From positions 64,001-128,000 of IMG/VR virus record IMGVR_UViG_3300011115_000874: DNA of 64,000 nucleotides; one strand, written 5' to 3'. The translations under genes and the position numbers were made by a program. This DNA comes from a virus. The notes under the pieces are model-generated. The model did not search any database and had not been told where the DNA came from. It saw only the letters and a program-made list of their open reading frames with translations. Numbering within the stretch: the first letter of the stretch is position 1; each line of letters starts with the position of its first letter. Positions 6,816 through 16,234 of this stretch are shown here, in pieces.

Positions 6816-7906
6816 TCGTAACTTTCTCTATCAATATTAATAACATATGGAAATCTTGGAACACCATCTGGTGTTAGATTAAAATACTTAACTGTAGCTG
6901 ATTTGCCAATCAATTCTTGTTTTTGTTTCCAAAGTTCTTTACATTCATCCCAACTATACTTAGGTGATGAATTGAATATATGACCTGTTTTACTTCTAAA
7001 TACAAATGAACCTACCATTCCTGTTTTATTACCTTCACCTTCAACTACATCTAAAATAGTATATTCTTCATCTATAAATGATTTATGTTTAAGTAATGAT
7101 TTAGAACGTTTTGATTCATATTCTTTATCTAAGCGAATCATTTGACCTTCATAACCTTGATTAACATACTCACTATACAAATCTATTAATAAACTCTCAT
7201 CTATAACAAAATGAGTATCTACTCGTTTACAACATTTAGGTAAATCTAAACTATATAATGTTTCAGATCGTTTACTAAACACCCCACTACAACTAGGTAA
7301 ATCATAAATGTGATATTGAATTTGTTCTTTACTTTTTTCTAAATCATCACTTGTTGGTTTAGTTTTTTTAACTAATGAACAAATAGCATTAAAGTCATTT
7401 GCAAACTTATCGGCATAAAGTTCTCCATCAAATATCAAATCAGGATTAGATTCAAATAATGGTTTCATTGCTTCATAAATGTGAGGTGCTGAAACTATTT
7501 TCTTACCATTTCTACTCCACATACCATCTGCTCTAACAATACATCTAATACCATCTAATTTAGGTTGTGAGTAAACAGGATAAATAATTTTATCTTTATA
7601 GTCTTCAAATTTATGAGCTAACATTGGATTGAAGAACTTAGGTGTATCAATATCACTTATTGATTCATAACTACCTAACTCTAATTTTTTAGTCCACATC
7701 GCTTGAGCCTCAGCTAATGCTTGTTGTTCAGGTGTTGTTTCATTTTTCTTACCAATGTTCTTACCAGAACAACAAGTCCATTCAGAAGTTGTTTTAACTC
7801 CATCATTGTAACCTGATATTGTTCTGAAACAGTTGTTTTCTACTTCAACGGTCCATTCATTGATTTTACCGTTTACTGCTCTTTTATATAATGTGTTTAA
7901 TTTCAT
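6812..7906 (-). CDS. lig: ATP-dependent DNA ligase
   Basis: PMLA, motif I QPKLDGIR, FDGELY, EGQMIR, KRSKSLLKHK, PRFP. Confidence 0.95.
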   Translation of the reverse strand: MKLNTLYKRAVNGKINEWTVEVENNCFRTISGYNDGVKTTSEWTCCSGKNIGKKNETTPEQQALAEAQAMWTKKLELGSYESISDIDTPKFFNPMLAHKFEDYKDKIIYPVYSQPKLDGIRCIVRADGMWSRNGKKIVSAPHIYEAMKPLFESNPDLIFDGELYADKFANDFNAICSLVKKTKPTSDDLEKSKEQIQYHIYDLPSCSGVFSKRSETLYSLDLPKCCKRVDTHFVIDESLLIDLYSEYVNQGYEGQMIRLDKEYESKRSKSLLKHKSFIDEEYTILDVVEGEGNKTGMVGSFVFRSKTGHIFNSSPKYSWDECKELWKQKQELIGKSATVKYFNLTPDGVPRFPYVINIDRESYE

Positions 7907-7910
7907 AGAC

Positions 7911-7942
7911 TAAATATAACAAAGAATGGCCCGAAGGCCAAA
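7911..7942 (-). promoter_or_regulatory. Early promoter with GGCC-TTCG-GGCC hairpin
   Basis: Motif match, ATG 4 nt downstream. Confidence 0.8.
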
Positions 7943-7968
7943 CATTTGTTATATAGAGGTGTGTGTTT

Positions 7969-8574
7969 TTAGCGCTTACTATGTAAATAATTACTCATTA
8001 TGTTACCTATTGCACCTGTCTTTTGACGAATGTATATCCACTCATCTTTAACTATTTTATGTTTCTTTTCAATATAATGAATACCCATAACACCTATGAT
8101 ACGTCCATCTAAATCAGTTAATGATAGTAAATAAATTGATTTACATTTACCACCAGTTGTTGTATTAAGTAAATATGAGTTAGTTGACTCAGCATCTTCA
8201 ATTATAACTTCTCCATTTTCATATAACTCAGATAATGGTTTATTAAATAATGATACAGGTATGTTTTGATAGATGTTTTTAACTGATTCAATGTTTGGGT
8301 TTAATACCTCATAGAATATAGAGAATTTTTGTATTGATTTACCAGTTGGGTAAAAGTGACCACCATTATGGAATTGAGCTATGAATATTTGATCACAATC
8401 CAACTCATCAAGCATAAGGTCTAATTGGTGTTCAATCTGTTCATTATACTTAATAGACTCAGGTAGTGGGTCTGATTTCTTTTTATCGACTTTTGCTTTA
8501 ACCCATTCTAACAATACAGGTCCTAACACTGATGTAATGAGTGCTATTACAACTGGTACTAAAATATCTATCAT
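7969..8574 (-). CDS. Putative holin (N-terminal TM helix plus GAF-like domain)
   Basis: Hydrophobic N-terminus, GAF-like pattern (QIFIAQFHNG...IIGVMGIHY), directly downstream of endolysin. Confidence 0.55.
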   Translation of the reverse strand: MIDILVPVVIALITSVLGPVLLEWVKAKVDKKKSDPLPESIKYNEQIEHQLDLMLDELDCDQIFIAQFHNGGHFYPTGKSIQKFSIFYEVLNPNIESVKNIYQNIPVSLFNKPLSELYENGEVIIEDAESTNSYLLNTTTGGKCKSIYLLSLTDLDGRIIGVMGIHYIEKKHKIVKDEWIYIRQKTGAIGNIMSNYLHSKR

Positions 8575-8585
8575 CTCTGTTTCTT

Positions 8586-9410
8586 TTATTTTAATAAATT
8601 ATAGAACTCATTAAAATGTTTGATACGATCAGGTAAACCAATAGTACCACCATTAACTCGTTTAGTAACAGCGGTTACAGTTGCTTCATCAGCACCCTTA
8701 TCGCATATTGACCATAATTTATTTGAATCGAAGAAAAACGCTGCTGACGCTAATGGGTATTTAGTAGCAACTAAATCAGGATTAGCGACTGTATCTTCAC
8801 CTATGAATTTAGCAAAGTTTGTATAATTAGATTTACCAGTTAATTGGATATAACCACGTCCACGGAACTTATATCCTTCACCTGTTGATTCATCACCATT
8901 GCCCATTCTTGATCCGTAAACACGAGCTGCAATTTTTTCAGGTTGTTTAGCATATGAGTTAGCTAAGTCACCAGGAAAATATTTTCCAAATATTCTTTTT
9001 AAACCATCAACTGAGTAGTTTAAGTTTTCACTTATTGACTTAAACCCACCTGACTCGTGGCCACATTGTGCTAAGAAATGAGCTAAGCGAAGTGGAGTAG
9101 TGATATTAAATTTAGCTGCTGTGTCTGGTATTTGAGCTATTACAGCATCGGGAACGTGTCCTTTTAAAGCATCTAATTTAAATGAGCTAGGAGGAATAAC
9201 TGCTGACGCAGCGGGAGTTGGAGCTGTTGCTCCGAACATTTTACCCCACGTACCATCTCCTACAATGCCGTCAGCTGTTAGTCCGTTTTTAGCTTGCCAT
9301 TCTTTAACTTTTGTCTCAGTCATTGGTCCGAAACTTCCATCTGCTGACAAACCTAATAATGTTTGTAATTGTTTTACTTCCTCTCCTTTTGAACCGTTTT
9401 TAAGTAACAT
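8586..9410 (-). CDS. Endolysin: peptidoglycan-binding domain plus GH19 lysozyme
   Basis: DGSFGP/DGIVG PG-binding repeats; HFLAQCGHESG, FRGRGYIQLTG, VNGG; start MLLKNGS. Confidence 0.92.
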   Translation of the reverse strand: MLLKNGSKGEEVKQLQTLLGLSADGSFGPMTETKVKEWQAKNGLTADGIVGDGTWGKMFGATAPTPAASAVIPPSSFKLDALKGHVPDAVIAQIPDTAAKFNITTPLRLAHFLAQCGHESGGFKSISENLNYSVDGLKRIFGKYFPGDLANSYAKQPEKIAARVYGSRMGNGDESTGEGYKFRGRGYIQLTGKSNYTNFAKFIGEDTVANPDLVATKYPLASAAFFFDSNKLWSICDKGADEATVTAVTKRVNGGTIGLPDRIKHFNEFYNLLK

Positions 9411-9425
9411 AGTAAATCGTTTAGT

Positions 9426-9433
9426 GATAAATA
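9426..9433 (-). promoter_or_regulatory. Putative late promoter (TATTTAT)
   Basis: Second motif class found just upstream of lysis, virion and homing-endonuclease genes. Confidence 0.55.
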
Positions 9434-9444
9434 TCACCTACTTT

Positions 9445-9762
9445 TTACTTCTTGCAATCACAGTCAACAATTTCTTCATCCATTCCTAAACAAAAAGCAA
9501 CCTGCCCTATAGCTGGTTTGTTATTAGTGTAGTACATAATCCCATTCTCAGTTATTACTTGCCAAGCCATATCAATGCTTTTATCTATATTTCTTTCTAC
9601 AGATACTACTCTAATAGGCCATGCCTTAGTAGTGTCAGTTGGAATAATTGGTTGGTTACTTATAGTAACTGTATCAGTACGAGGGATTAGAATTGGTTGA
9701 GGTGTAATTAAATTACAACTAATTAAACCTAAACTTAATAATGTTAATGATATTTTTTTCAT
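9445..9762 (-). CDS. Lipoprotein
   Basis: Signal II MKKISLTLLSLGLIS-C. Confidence 0.75.
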   Translation of the reverse strand: MKKISLTLLSLGLISCNLITPQPILIPRTDTVTISNQPIIPTDTTKAWPIRVVSVERNIDKSIDMAWQVITENGIMYYTNNKPAIGQVAFCLGMDEEIVDCDCKK

Positions 9763-9953
9763 CTTGATTCCACTTTTATTTGTTTTGCTTCTTCTTTATC
9801 TAATATAAATGCTAGGCCTGAACCTACAGCCACTAATAATGAGTTGTCATTAACGTGGCATACTTTGATTTCACCCCCATTACTAAATCTATTATCAATT
9901 GTCTCGATAACATTATAGACTCTAGGATATATCGTTACTTCACTTAACTTCAT
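9759..9953 (-). CDS. Hypothetical protein
   Basis: ORF track, overlaps. Confidence 0.65.
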   Translation of the reverse strand: MKLSEVTIYPRVYNVIETIDNRFSNGGEIKVCHVNDNSLLVAVGSGLAFILDKEEAKQIKVESR

Positions 9954-10678
9954 AATATAGTTGGGTAATCACCTATTTTAAACTCTCCATCTTCATAAAC
10001 CAAAAACTTATTTGAAGTATCAAATGTATCAATAAAATAATATTTCCCACCAGTTGATTTACCTTCAATATCAATCTTTTTAACATGAGTATGACCTACT
10101 ACTTGAATATAATCTTCTTTCAAGAATGTATCTCGATTACCAGCCATTAATGCTTGAGGACGAATCCAAATTGGTGTTTGTGTTTTAGAATTACCATATG
10201 GGTCAATTCCATAAAACATAAACTTATTAGGTTGATACTCCCAAATAGCGTTTACAAAATCAGCTATTGTACCTGAATCTACTCCTGGTTCATATTTGTT
10301 TTGATATGTTAACCAATCACTTCCAATACCCGCATGTGTAAACAAGATATTATCTAATTGGTAACACATTTGTAGGTGGTGTTTATTTTCTTGAAGTAAC
10401 TGTCGGATTGCAGGTGCAGCACCTGCTTTATATCCTGAGTATGTCTCACCACCTGGGTAGTAATGATAATCATGATTACCAACTAACATAATTACCTCAC
10501 ACTCACCTTTCTCTTTAAACTCAATTATCTCTTTAAAGTTAAACATTTGCTCAGCAGGGCCAATATCAAAACTATCAAAGTAATCTCCTATAAAGATAAC
10601 TCGATCTGCTTGTTCTTGGAACACAATGTCTTTCCAAACATTGCGTCCATGAATATCTCCTAATACTATTGTTTTCAT
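9950..10678 (-). CDS. Metallophosphoesterase
   Basis: GDIHG, GDYFD, GNHD, THAG, GHT. Confidence 0.9.
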   Translation of the reverse strand: MKTIVLGDIHGRNVWKDIVFQEQADRVIFIGDYFDSFDIGPAEQMFNFKEIIEFKEKGECEVIMLVGNHDYHYYPGGETYSGYKAGAAPAIRQLLQENKHHLQMCYQLDNILFTHAGIGSDWLTYQNKYEPGVDSGTIADFVNAIWEYQPNKFMFYGIDPYGNSKTQTPIWIRPQALMAGNRDTFLKEDYIQVVGHTHVKKIDIEGKSTGGKYYFIDTFDTSNKFLVYEDGEFKIGDYPTIL

Positions 10679-11001
10679 TTTACTAATTTCTTAACTTTGA
10701 TTATGAAACGACGTTTAAAACATTTCATTGTAGTTGAAAATGTATCTACTGGTGTTTCAGTTCTTAACTCACTAAATGCCTTTTTCATTGCAACTTTAAT
10801 CTTAGGATTAATTTTAATCAATTCAAAGAATTTATCTAAATGAGAAGATGATTTTGAATTCCATCTACCATTATAAAACTCAGTTAATGTTACTCGAGTA
10901 TCACTTAATGTATCAAATAAGTAAACTGTAACTGTTTTTTCCCAACTGTCTGAAATGAATTGTAATTCTTGATTACCTGAAAGTGTGATTGATTTGCTCA
11001 T
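10675..11001 (-). CDS. Hypothetical protein
   Basis: ORF track; promoter at 11027-11058. Confidence 0.7.
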   Translation of the reverse strand: MSKSITLSGNQELQFISDSWEKTVTVYLFDTLSDTRVTLTEFYNGRWNSKSSSHLDKFFELIKINPKIKVAMKKAFSELRTETPVDTFSTTMKCFKRRFIIKVKKLVK

Positions 11002-11026
11002 AACTTTTATTATTTTTTATTATATC

Positions 11027-11058
11027 TAAATATAACAAAGAAAGACCCGAGGGCCAAA
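11027..11058 (-). promoter_or_regulatory. Early promoter with degenerate hairpin
   Basis: TTTGGCCCTCGGGTC...TATATTTA. Confidence 0.75.
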
Positions 11059-11079
11059 CATTTATTATGAAAAGTTTAC

Positions 11080-11298
11080 TTAAAATGGAGTATCGTATTC
11101 AGTTTCTTCATTAGTTTTGAAATACTCTTTCAAAAACTGTTCAGGATACAACATTACATGACCTGTGTATTTAGGGTTAGACACTTTTCGTGTGTCATGT
11201 TTCCATCCGCCTTGTAATGAGGCAAGATATACTTTTTTACCTAATTCAGTTCCAGCTGCTTTACCTAAGAACTCATATAATGACATCATTTTATCCAT
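11080..11298 (-). CDS. Hypothetical protein
   Basis: ORF track. Confidence 0.7.
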   Translation of the reverse strand: MDKMMSLYEFLGKAAGTELGKKVYLASLQGGWKHDTRKVSNPKYTGHVMLYPEQFLKEYFKTNEETEYDTPF

Positions 11299-11545
11299 TG
11301 ATCACCTCCTCTAATGTTTTCCATTCTGCTTCTACTTCACCTTCTTCACTAAAGTTACCTGTAGCGATTGCTAAATAGATTACTGCGTTTTCATCTTTAC
11401 CAATTGCTACAGCTCCAAAGCCCTCACAAAGATAATAATTAGTCATTGTACTATTAGGCATTTCTGAAGCGATTGCTTCAATATCAAAATCCCAACCCAT
11501 TTCCGGATCATTTTTTTCGACCCATTGTTTGCTAAATTCAGCCAT
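11291..11545 (-). CDS. Acidic hypothetical protein
   Basis: ORF track. Confidence 0.7.
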   Translation of the reverse strand: MAEFSKQWVEKNDPEMGWDFDIEAIASEMPNSTMTNYYLCEGFGAVAIGKDENAVIYLAIATGNFSEEGEVEAEWKTLEEVING

Positions 11546-11576
11546 AACTTATTTTTTATTTATACTTTAATATAAT

Positions 11577-11600
11577 AAAAATAGGCCCGAAGGCCTATTT
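11577..11600 (-). terminator. Intrinsic terminator AAATAGGCC-TTCG-GGCCTATTT-TT next to a promoter -7 element
   Basis: Perfect 9-bp stem with cUUCGg loop and U tract. Confidence 0.85.
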
Positions 11601-11622
11601 ATTTTTAATCTAGTTTTAGATT

Positions 11623-12159
11623 TTAATAATCACCTAAATCTCCACTAGACATACCTCTAGTGCTACGACCTGGCATACCCATTCTATCTATAGCAGGTAA
11701 ATCATCTTCCATGTTTGTAAGTGGTTTAGGTTGAAAGAAGTTCCTAGGATTTTTAGCTAATAACTCAGCAGCTACAGCTTTAGCTTCTTCATAAGTGTAT
11801 GGTCCAAAATCATATGGTATACTATTTTTTTCAATACCGTACATTTTCTTATCACCTCCCATTTCATCTAATTTTGGGTTTTTATCTAAACCCATTTGGT
11901 AATCAATTGTTTTATCTGAGTTACCCATATCTTTATATTCACCAGCATTTATGAATGTTGGTATTCCACTTATAACTTTAGTGAATTGAACTTGGTCAGG
12001 TAATTCATCTACAGTCACTACTTTATTAAACCAACGTACTTGACCTCCAGGCCCAACTTTAGCTATTACTTCGTCTTTAGAATAAGTGCCATAGTTGAAA
12101 TCATTTTCATTTTCAAGTAATAATTGATCGCGTCTCCATTTGTAGATATTAAATGCCAT
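11623..12159 (-). CDS. Late protein, putative virion internal protein
   Basis: Late motif at 12173-12180; N-terminal ...LLLE leader. Confidence 0.6.
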   Translation of the reverse strand: MAFNIYKWRRDQLLLENENDFNYGTYSKDEVIAKVGPGGQVRWFNKVVTVDELPDQVQFTKVISGIPTFINAGEYKDMGNSDKTIDYQMGLDKNPKLDEMGGDKKMYGIEKNSIPYDFGPYTYEEAKAVAAELLAKNPRNFFQPKPLTNMEDDLPAIDRMGMPGRSTRGMSSGDLGDY

Positions 12160-12258
12160 AGTTTTATTTTATTATAAATATATATTTTTTAGAACAAATC
12201 ATCAAATTCTTTAGGACACTCAGAAATGATATGTTTCTTAACAAATCGTTTCCACCAA

Positions 12259-12831
12259 TTATTCAATCTCATCAACCATCCCATACTTAAGTGCTTCTTC
12301 TGCTGTGAGATACCAATCACGTCTTGATTTTTTAACATCATCTAATTGTTTTTGAGATATAGTTGAGTTTAATAATAAAATTTCATCATACTGTTTCATT
12401 ATACGATTACATTCATCTAAATCATCTTTAATAATAGATAATTTATCAAATTGAGGATAGCTATTTAAAGCTTCATGATACATAAATGTAGCATATTTAC
12501 TCGCTATACGTCTATGACCAACTGCAAATATTGGTAACCCCATTGACATAGCATAACCATAACAGTAAGTATGAATTGGTGTTCTAGAAGTTTTAATTAC
12601 ACCTATTAAAGCGAAACCATCATAAATTACTCCACCAAAACTATTAACAACTAATTTAATCGGTTTACGTTCAAAGTCTTTAGAGACTGAGTCTTGCTCA
12701 TCATCATATTCATTAGCGTCTAAAATAAATTGAATTACTTCCTCAACACTCTCATTATCAATATCATTACTTAAAATAATACTTCTAAATTGATCTTCTC
12801 TATCAAAATATCTATTTTTTCTGCTAGTCAT
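12259..12831 (-). CDS. clpP: ClpP-family protease subunit
   Basis: NSFGG, GYAMSMG (catalytic Ser), FMYHE (His), RDWYLTAEEALKYGMVD (Asp). Confidence 0.88.
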   Translation of the reverse strand: MTSRKNRYFDREDQFRSIILSNDIDNESVEEVIQFILDANEYDDEQDSVSKDFERKPIKLVVNSFGGVIYDGFALIGVIKTSRTPIHTYCYGYAMSMGLPIFAVGHRRIASKYATFMYHEALNSYPQFDKLSIIKDDLDECNRIMKQYDEILLLNSTISQKQLDDVKKSRRDWYLTAEEALKYGMVDEIE

Positions 12832-13010
12832 TATCTATGTTTTTTAGGTGAACATTGATGATTAAGTTGACTTTTGCCTTTATTAACTCGTTTAGTTTGT
12901 TTATACATTATCTGCTGTCTATTACTATGATGTTTATAGTTATAGCCTTTTTGAGGGGCAGAACATGATGCTAATACAGCTACAATTAAAAATAAAATTA
13001 GTTTTTTCAT
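12831..13010 (-). CDS. Small lipoprotein
   Basis: MKKLILFLIVAVLAS-C lipobox. Confidence 0.7.
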   Translation of the reverse strand: MKKLILFLIVAVLASCSAPQKGYNYKHHSNRQQIMYKQTKRVNKGKSQLNHQCSPKKHR

Positions 13011-13231
13011 AATATTTCCTCCCATTCTGGTTCTTTGATTTCTTGTAAAAATATTAATGTCTCACCCTCTTGATACACTTGATCTGACTCAGTATATTCT
13101 TTCCATAACTCAATAAGATCATTTCTTACTTGACCTCCATTTAAATTATCTACAAACTTACCAAACCAAACTCTACGTCTTATAACATAAGGTGTACCAT
13201 TAAGAGTAAGTACATCAGTCCTCGTTACCAT
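13007..13231 (-). CDS. Hypothetical protein
   Basis: ORF track. Confidence 0.65.
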   Translation of the reverse strand: MVTRTDVLTLNGTPYVIRRRVWFGKFVDNLNGGQVRNDLIELWKEYTESDQVYQEGETLIFLQEIKEPEWEEIL

Positions 13232-13349
13232 GTTTATATTTTTTTCTATTATATACTTTACCTGAAGGTTTTGCCTTCTGTATCATTCTGCGCCTTACTA
13301 TTTGGGCGACGTGTCGTAATGACAAACCATTTAAATTACTATTTTCCAT
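13215..13349 (-). CDS. Small basic protein
   Basis: Start MENSNL downstream of promoter 13368-13399. Confidence 0.6.
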   Translation of the reverse strand: MENSNLNGLSLRHVAQIVRRRMIQKAKPSGKVYNRKKYKHGNED

Positions 13350-13367
13350 GTGTTTTAATTTATATAA

Positions 13368-13403
13368 TAAATATAACAAAAAAGGCTTGGGAAGCCAAGC
13401 CTT
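13368..13403 (-). promoter_or_regulatory. Fused terminator hairpin (AAGGCTTGG-CTTC-CCAAGCCTT plus T-run) and early promoter
   Basis: 9-bp perfect stem overlapping CTTG-N20-TATATTTA. Confidence 0.75.
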
Positions 13404-13427
13404 AATCATGAAAAGTTAAGTAAAATC

Positions 13428-13751
13428 TTACTTCTGTTCAGCTGACATTTTTGGGGCTGATTTTTTCTTAAAGTACTTTTTCTTTTTCTTTGGCTCTTCA
13501 GTTTTAGGAGCATCTACAACACCATGCATTGATTTACTTTCCATCACTCGAATTTGAGATTTCAATACTGTTACTTCATTACGAAGCAACTGACGTGTTG
13601 CGTCCACCATTTCTTTTTCTTGGCGGGCTGTTTCTAATGAACCATATAATTCATCAATTTGATTCTTTAAAGAAGTGTTTTCTTTAGATGTGAAACCTAA
13701 AGCAGTTGCTAATCCAATAATTAGGATAATTGTGATTGTTGTTACTAACAT
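13428..13751 (-). CDS. Membrane-anchored coiled-coil protein with basic tail
   Basis: N-terminal TM, heptad-rich middle, KKKKK tail. Confidence 0.7.
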   Translation of the reverse strand: MLVTTITIILIIGLATALGFTSKENTSLKNQIDELYGSLETARQEKEMVDATRQLLRNEVTVLKSQIRVMESKSMHGVVDAPKTEEPKKKKKYFKKKSAPKMSAEQK

Positions 13752-13768
13752 ATTTATTTTTTATTTGT

Positions 13769-13936
13769 TTACATTCTATCCATTTTAACTCTAAAATGGG
13801 CTAATTCTATTATTTCATTTTGACTTTTATGTGGGTGAGATATTTTATACTCACTTATATATTGATGTAATGTGTCTACATCTCCGGCTGTGTGTGCTTG
13901 GTAAAAAATTTCTTCAATACGTTCTTCGTTAGTCAT
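13769..13936 (-). CDS. Small hypothetical protein (55 aa, MTNEERIEE...)
   Basis: Read manually. Confidence 0.6.
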   Translation of the reverse strand: MTNEERIEEIFYQAHTAGDVDTLHQYISEYKISHPHKSQNEIIELAHFRVKMDRM

Positions 13937-14138
13937 AAAAACTATTTCTTTTAAATTTATAAATCATATTAAATGTAGCCAAATTATCTCTAATTTCTTT
14001 TACATTTGCTTTTTTAAATCTCCAGTAATCTACAAAATTACTTATTATAGTTCTTCCACACTCTAACTGTCCCTCATTCTCTATAGAGTTAAGTATTCTG
14101 ATTATTTTTGCTATATGTTGTCTGAATACTTGTTCCAT
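13929..14138 (-). CDS. Hypothetical protein
   Basis: Start MEQVF after late-like motif 14153-14160. Confidence 0.6.
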   Translation of the reverse strand: MEQVFRQHIAKIIRILNSIENEGQLECGRTIISNFVDYWRFKKANVKEIRDNLATFNMIYKFKRNSFYD

Positions 14139-14162
14139 TCTATAGATATGGATATACATATA

Positions 14163-14504
14163 TTACTCCTTATAGTTTTTCTTAAATTCAGGATCTTCTA
14201 ACCAATGTCTTTCACCTGTTCTTAATCTTGCTTTACTTTTATAATTATGAGCATAAACATAACCTGGAGGGCATTTCTTTTTCATAACCATATTTGTCTC
14301 AAACAAATAGACTGGTCCATTATATTCTTGATGATTAGGTGATCCATCTTCATTCCAGTATAGTATTCTTCTAGGACCATTATAACTCCTAAAACGATTA
14401 CATGTCACTCTAAACCAACTACCATCTTCTAACTGCACTTCAGTAGCTCGTTGAGTTGGGAAATCATAAATTAATTTCACTGTTAAACCTTTTTTCTCAG
14501 CCAT
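14163..14504 (-). CDS. Hypothetical protein
   Basis: ORF track. Confidence 0.7.
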   Translation of the reverse strand: MAEKKGLTVKLIYDFPTQRATEVQLEDGSWFRVTCNRFRSYNGPRRILYWNEDGSPNHQEYNGPVYLFETNMVMKKKCPPGYVYAHNYKSKARLRTGERHWLEDPEFKKNYKE

Positions 14505-14505
14505 A

Positions 14506-14844
14506 TTACTTCCAAAATAATTGTACCATTAATATAATAAAACTTAATACTAAACAAATAGCTGTTTTCATAGTTATTGGTTCTCCAAATAATGAAATAG
14601 ACATAATTGTAAACATAATTGTACCTATAACAAAACCAATTAATCGTGACGGCCATAATTGACCATCAAAATGTTCAACCATTAAACTAACTGATGTCAT
14701 AAACAATATTGAAATAGGAATGCCTAACAATACCACAGCCCACTGATGAGTTCTCATCCATTCAAACTTCCATCTTCCTTGTAATTGAAGAAAAGTCAAT
14801 ACTTGAGCTAACACCCCCACTAACATTCCTAATAATAGTTTCAT
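14506..14844 (-). CDS. Four-TM small membrane protein (DMT/SMR-like)
   Basis: Four hydrophobic segments, FGEP motif. Confidence 0.7.
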   Translation of the reverse strand: MKLLLGMLVGVLAQVLTFLQLQGRWKFEWMRTHQWAVVLLGIPISILFMTSVSLMVEHFDGQLWPSRLIGFVIGTIMFTIMSISLFGEPITMKTAICLVLSFIILMVQLFWK

Positions 14845-15047
14845 ATATATTCTTTTTCTAATTTACCGTATGTGTATACTCTTAATGTTGCTACTTGTTC
14901 ATCATTATAGAGTGGTTTAGCTAAATCTAAATCATCTGAGAATATTGCTTCGCCTTGTTTGAATCCAATAAATGCTTGGCATTGGTCATTCAAAACAATA
15001 AACTCAGGTTCTTTAGCTATATCAAATACTCTTTTTTTCCTTTTCAT
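14841..15047 (-). CDS. Hypothetical protein
   Basis: ORF track. Confidence 0.65.
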   Translation of the reverse strand: MKRKKRVFDIAKEPEFIVLNDQCQAFIGFKQGEAIFSDDLDLAKPLYNDEQVATLRVYTYGKLEKEYI

Positions 15048-15277
15048 AATTTAGCATCATATTCAGGTAACACTCCTAAATCCTCAATTTTAACCCACAC
15101 TCTCATTTTCCACAAATCAACTTTCAAGTTGTCAATCATTGTCTCTCCTTCCTCAGTAGCCTTAGCTAGAATAAGTAAACATGTATCTAATTGTTCAATT
15201 GCAGATGGTACATCTTTTGATTTGATAAATTGTAATGCTTTCTTCCACGTGTTAGTAATCTTCCCTACTTTCTTCAT
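15044..15277 (-). CDS. Hypothetical protein
   Basis: ORF track. Confidence 0.65.
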   Translation of the reverse strand: MKKVGKITNTWKKALQFIKSKDVPSAIEQLDTCLLILAKATEEGETMIDNLKVDLWKMRVWVKIEDLGVLPEYDAKL

Positions 15278-15280
15278 AAC

Positions 15281-15400
15281 TTAAAATATTAAATATGCGA
15301 CTAAATTAATTACAGCTAATGCTGCGTATACTGACACTACTGTCACAGCCATTGTAGCCGCTAAGACAAAGAACACTTCATCTGGTTTTACTTTTTTCAT
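15281..15400 (-). CDS. Small membrane protein (39 aa)
   Basis: Read manually: MKKVKPDEVFFVLAATMAVTVV... Confidence 0.55.
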   Translation of the reverse strand: MKKVKPDEVFFVLAATMAVTVVSVYAALAVINLVAYLIF

Positions 15401-15405
15401 AACCT

Positions 15406-15729
15406 TTATTTTAATTGTTTTATATGTTTACAAACTCTATCTTTAGCTCTATAATAACCAGGGCATGTACAGTGGTATTTGTTACCTACTTTTCTAATTA
15501 TATACTTACTTGAACCATCTGATGATTTTACTTCAATAGTATCAGATTTTGGTTTTGTTTGTGTACCATCATCTTTAATCCATACAATATCATCGAGTGT
15601 AGTATTAAGTGGAACATTAACCCACCATGGACAAATTGCTAATTTATCTACAAAATTAAACAGTACAGGAGGAATAATACCACCCACTACATAATGTTTA
15701 CCGTCTTTGAAATAATAACTTCTTTCCAT
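15406..15729 (-). CDS. SWIM zinc-finger protein
   Basis: C-terminal CTCPG...CKH. Confidence 0.8.
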   Translation of the reverse strand: MERSYYFKDGKHYVVGGIIPPVLFNFVDKLAICPWWVNVPLNTTLDDIVWIKDDGTQTKPKSDTIEVKSSDGSSKYIIRKVGNKYHCTCPGYYRAKDRVCKHIKQLK

Positions 15730-15743
15730 AACCTTTATTTATC

Positions 15744-15775
15744 TAAATATAATAAAAAATGACCCGAAGGCCAAA
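15744..15775 (-). promoter_or_regulatory. Early promoter with TTCG hairpin
   Basis: TTTGGCCTTCGGGTCATTTTTTATTATATTTA. Confidence 0.75.
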
Positions 15776-15923
15776 TTTTTAATTGGGAAGGTTTTGGGGA
15801 GGGTTGTCCTGTTCAATTAACTCTAAATCTAAAGTTAATAATAAACAAAAGTCTTTTAAACTATCCCAGTCATGTTCTGCTAACATAACCAAATCCTTGT
15901 CGGGGATGTCGTCTAAATAATTT

Positions 15924-16070
15924 TTAATACTCACTTCTGTAAGCGTTTTTAGTTATATATGTCTTCTCGTTTCGTAGTTTAGTAACTTCTTTTTTCTTAC
16001 GTTTACCTTCTAGAACTTGAATATACGACTTTAAACACTCGTACTTTTGCATTGCACTGTTTTTACTCAT
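15924..16070 (-). CDS. Small basic protein (48 aa)
   Basis: Read manually: MSKNSAMQKY... Confidence 0.5.
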   Translation of the reverse strand: MSKNSAMQKYECLKSYIQVLEGKRKKKEVTKLRNEKTYITKNAYRSEY

Positions 16071-16087
16071 AACTATTTTTATTTAAT

Positions 16088-16234
16088 TTATTTTCCTTGA
16101 CCACGATAGGCCTTTTTATAATTTTTACTTGACTTTGATTTTGATGTTTTTTTCTTACTATGTACTCCTGGTCTTTTCTTTTTAGGACTTGGATTGTACA
16201 TCTTTGTTGCTGATGTTTGTTTTGTTTTTGCCAT
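16088..16234 (-). CDS. Very basic 48-aa protein ending YRGQGK
   Basis: Read manually: MAKTKQTSATKMYNPSPKRKRPGVHSKKK...KNYKKAYRGQGK. Confidence 0.65.
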   Translation of the reverse strand: MAKTKQTSATKMYNPSPKKKRPGVHSKKKTSKSKSSKNYKKAYRGQGK

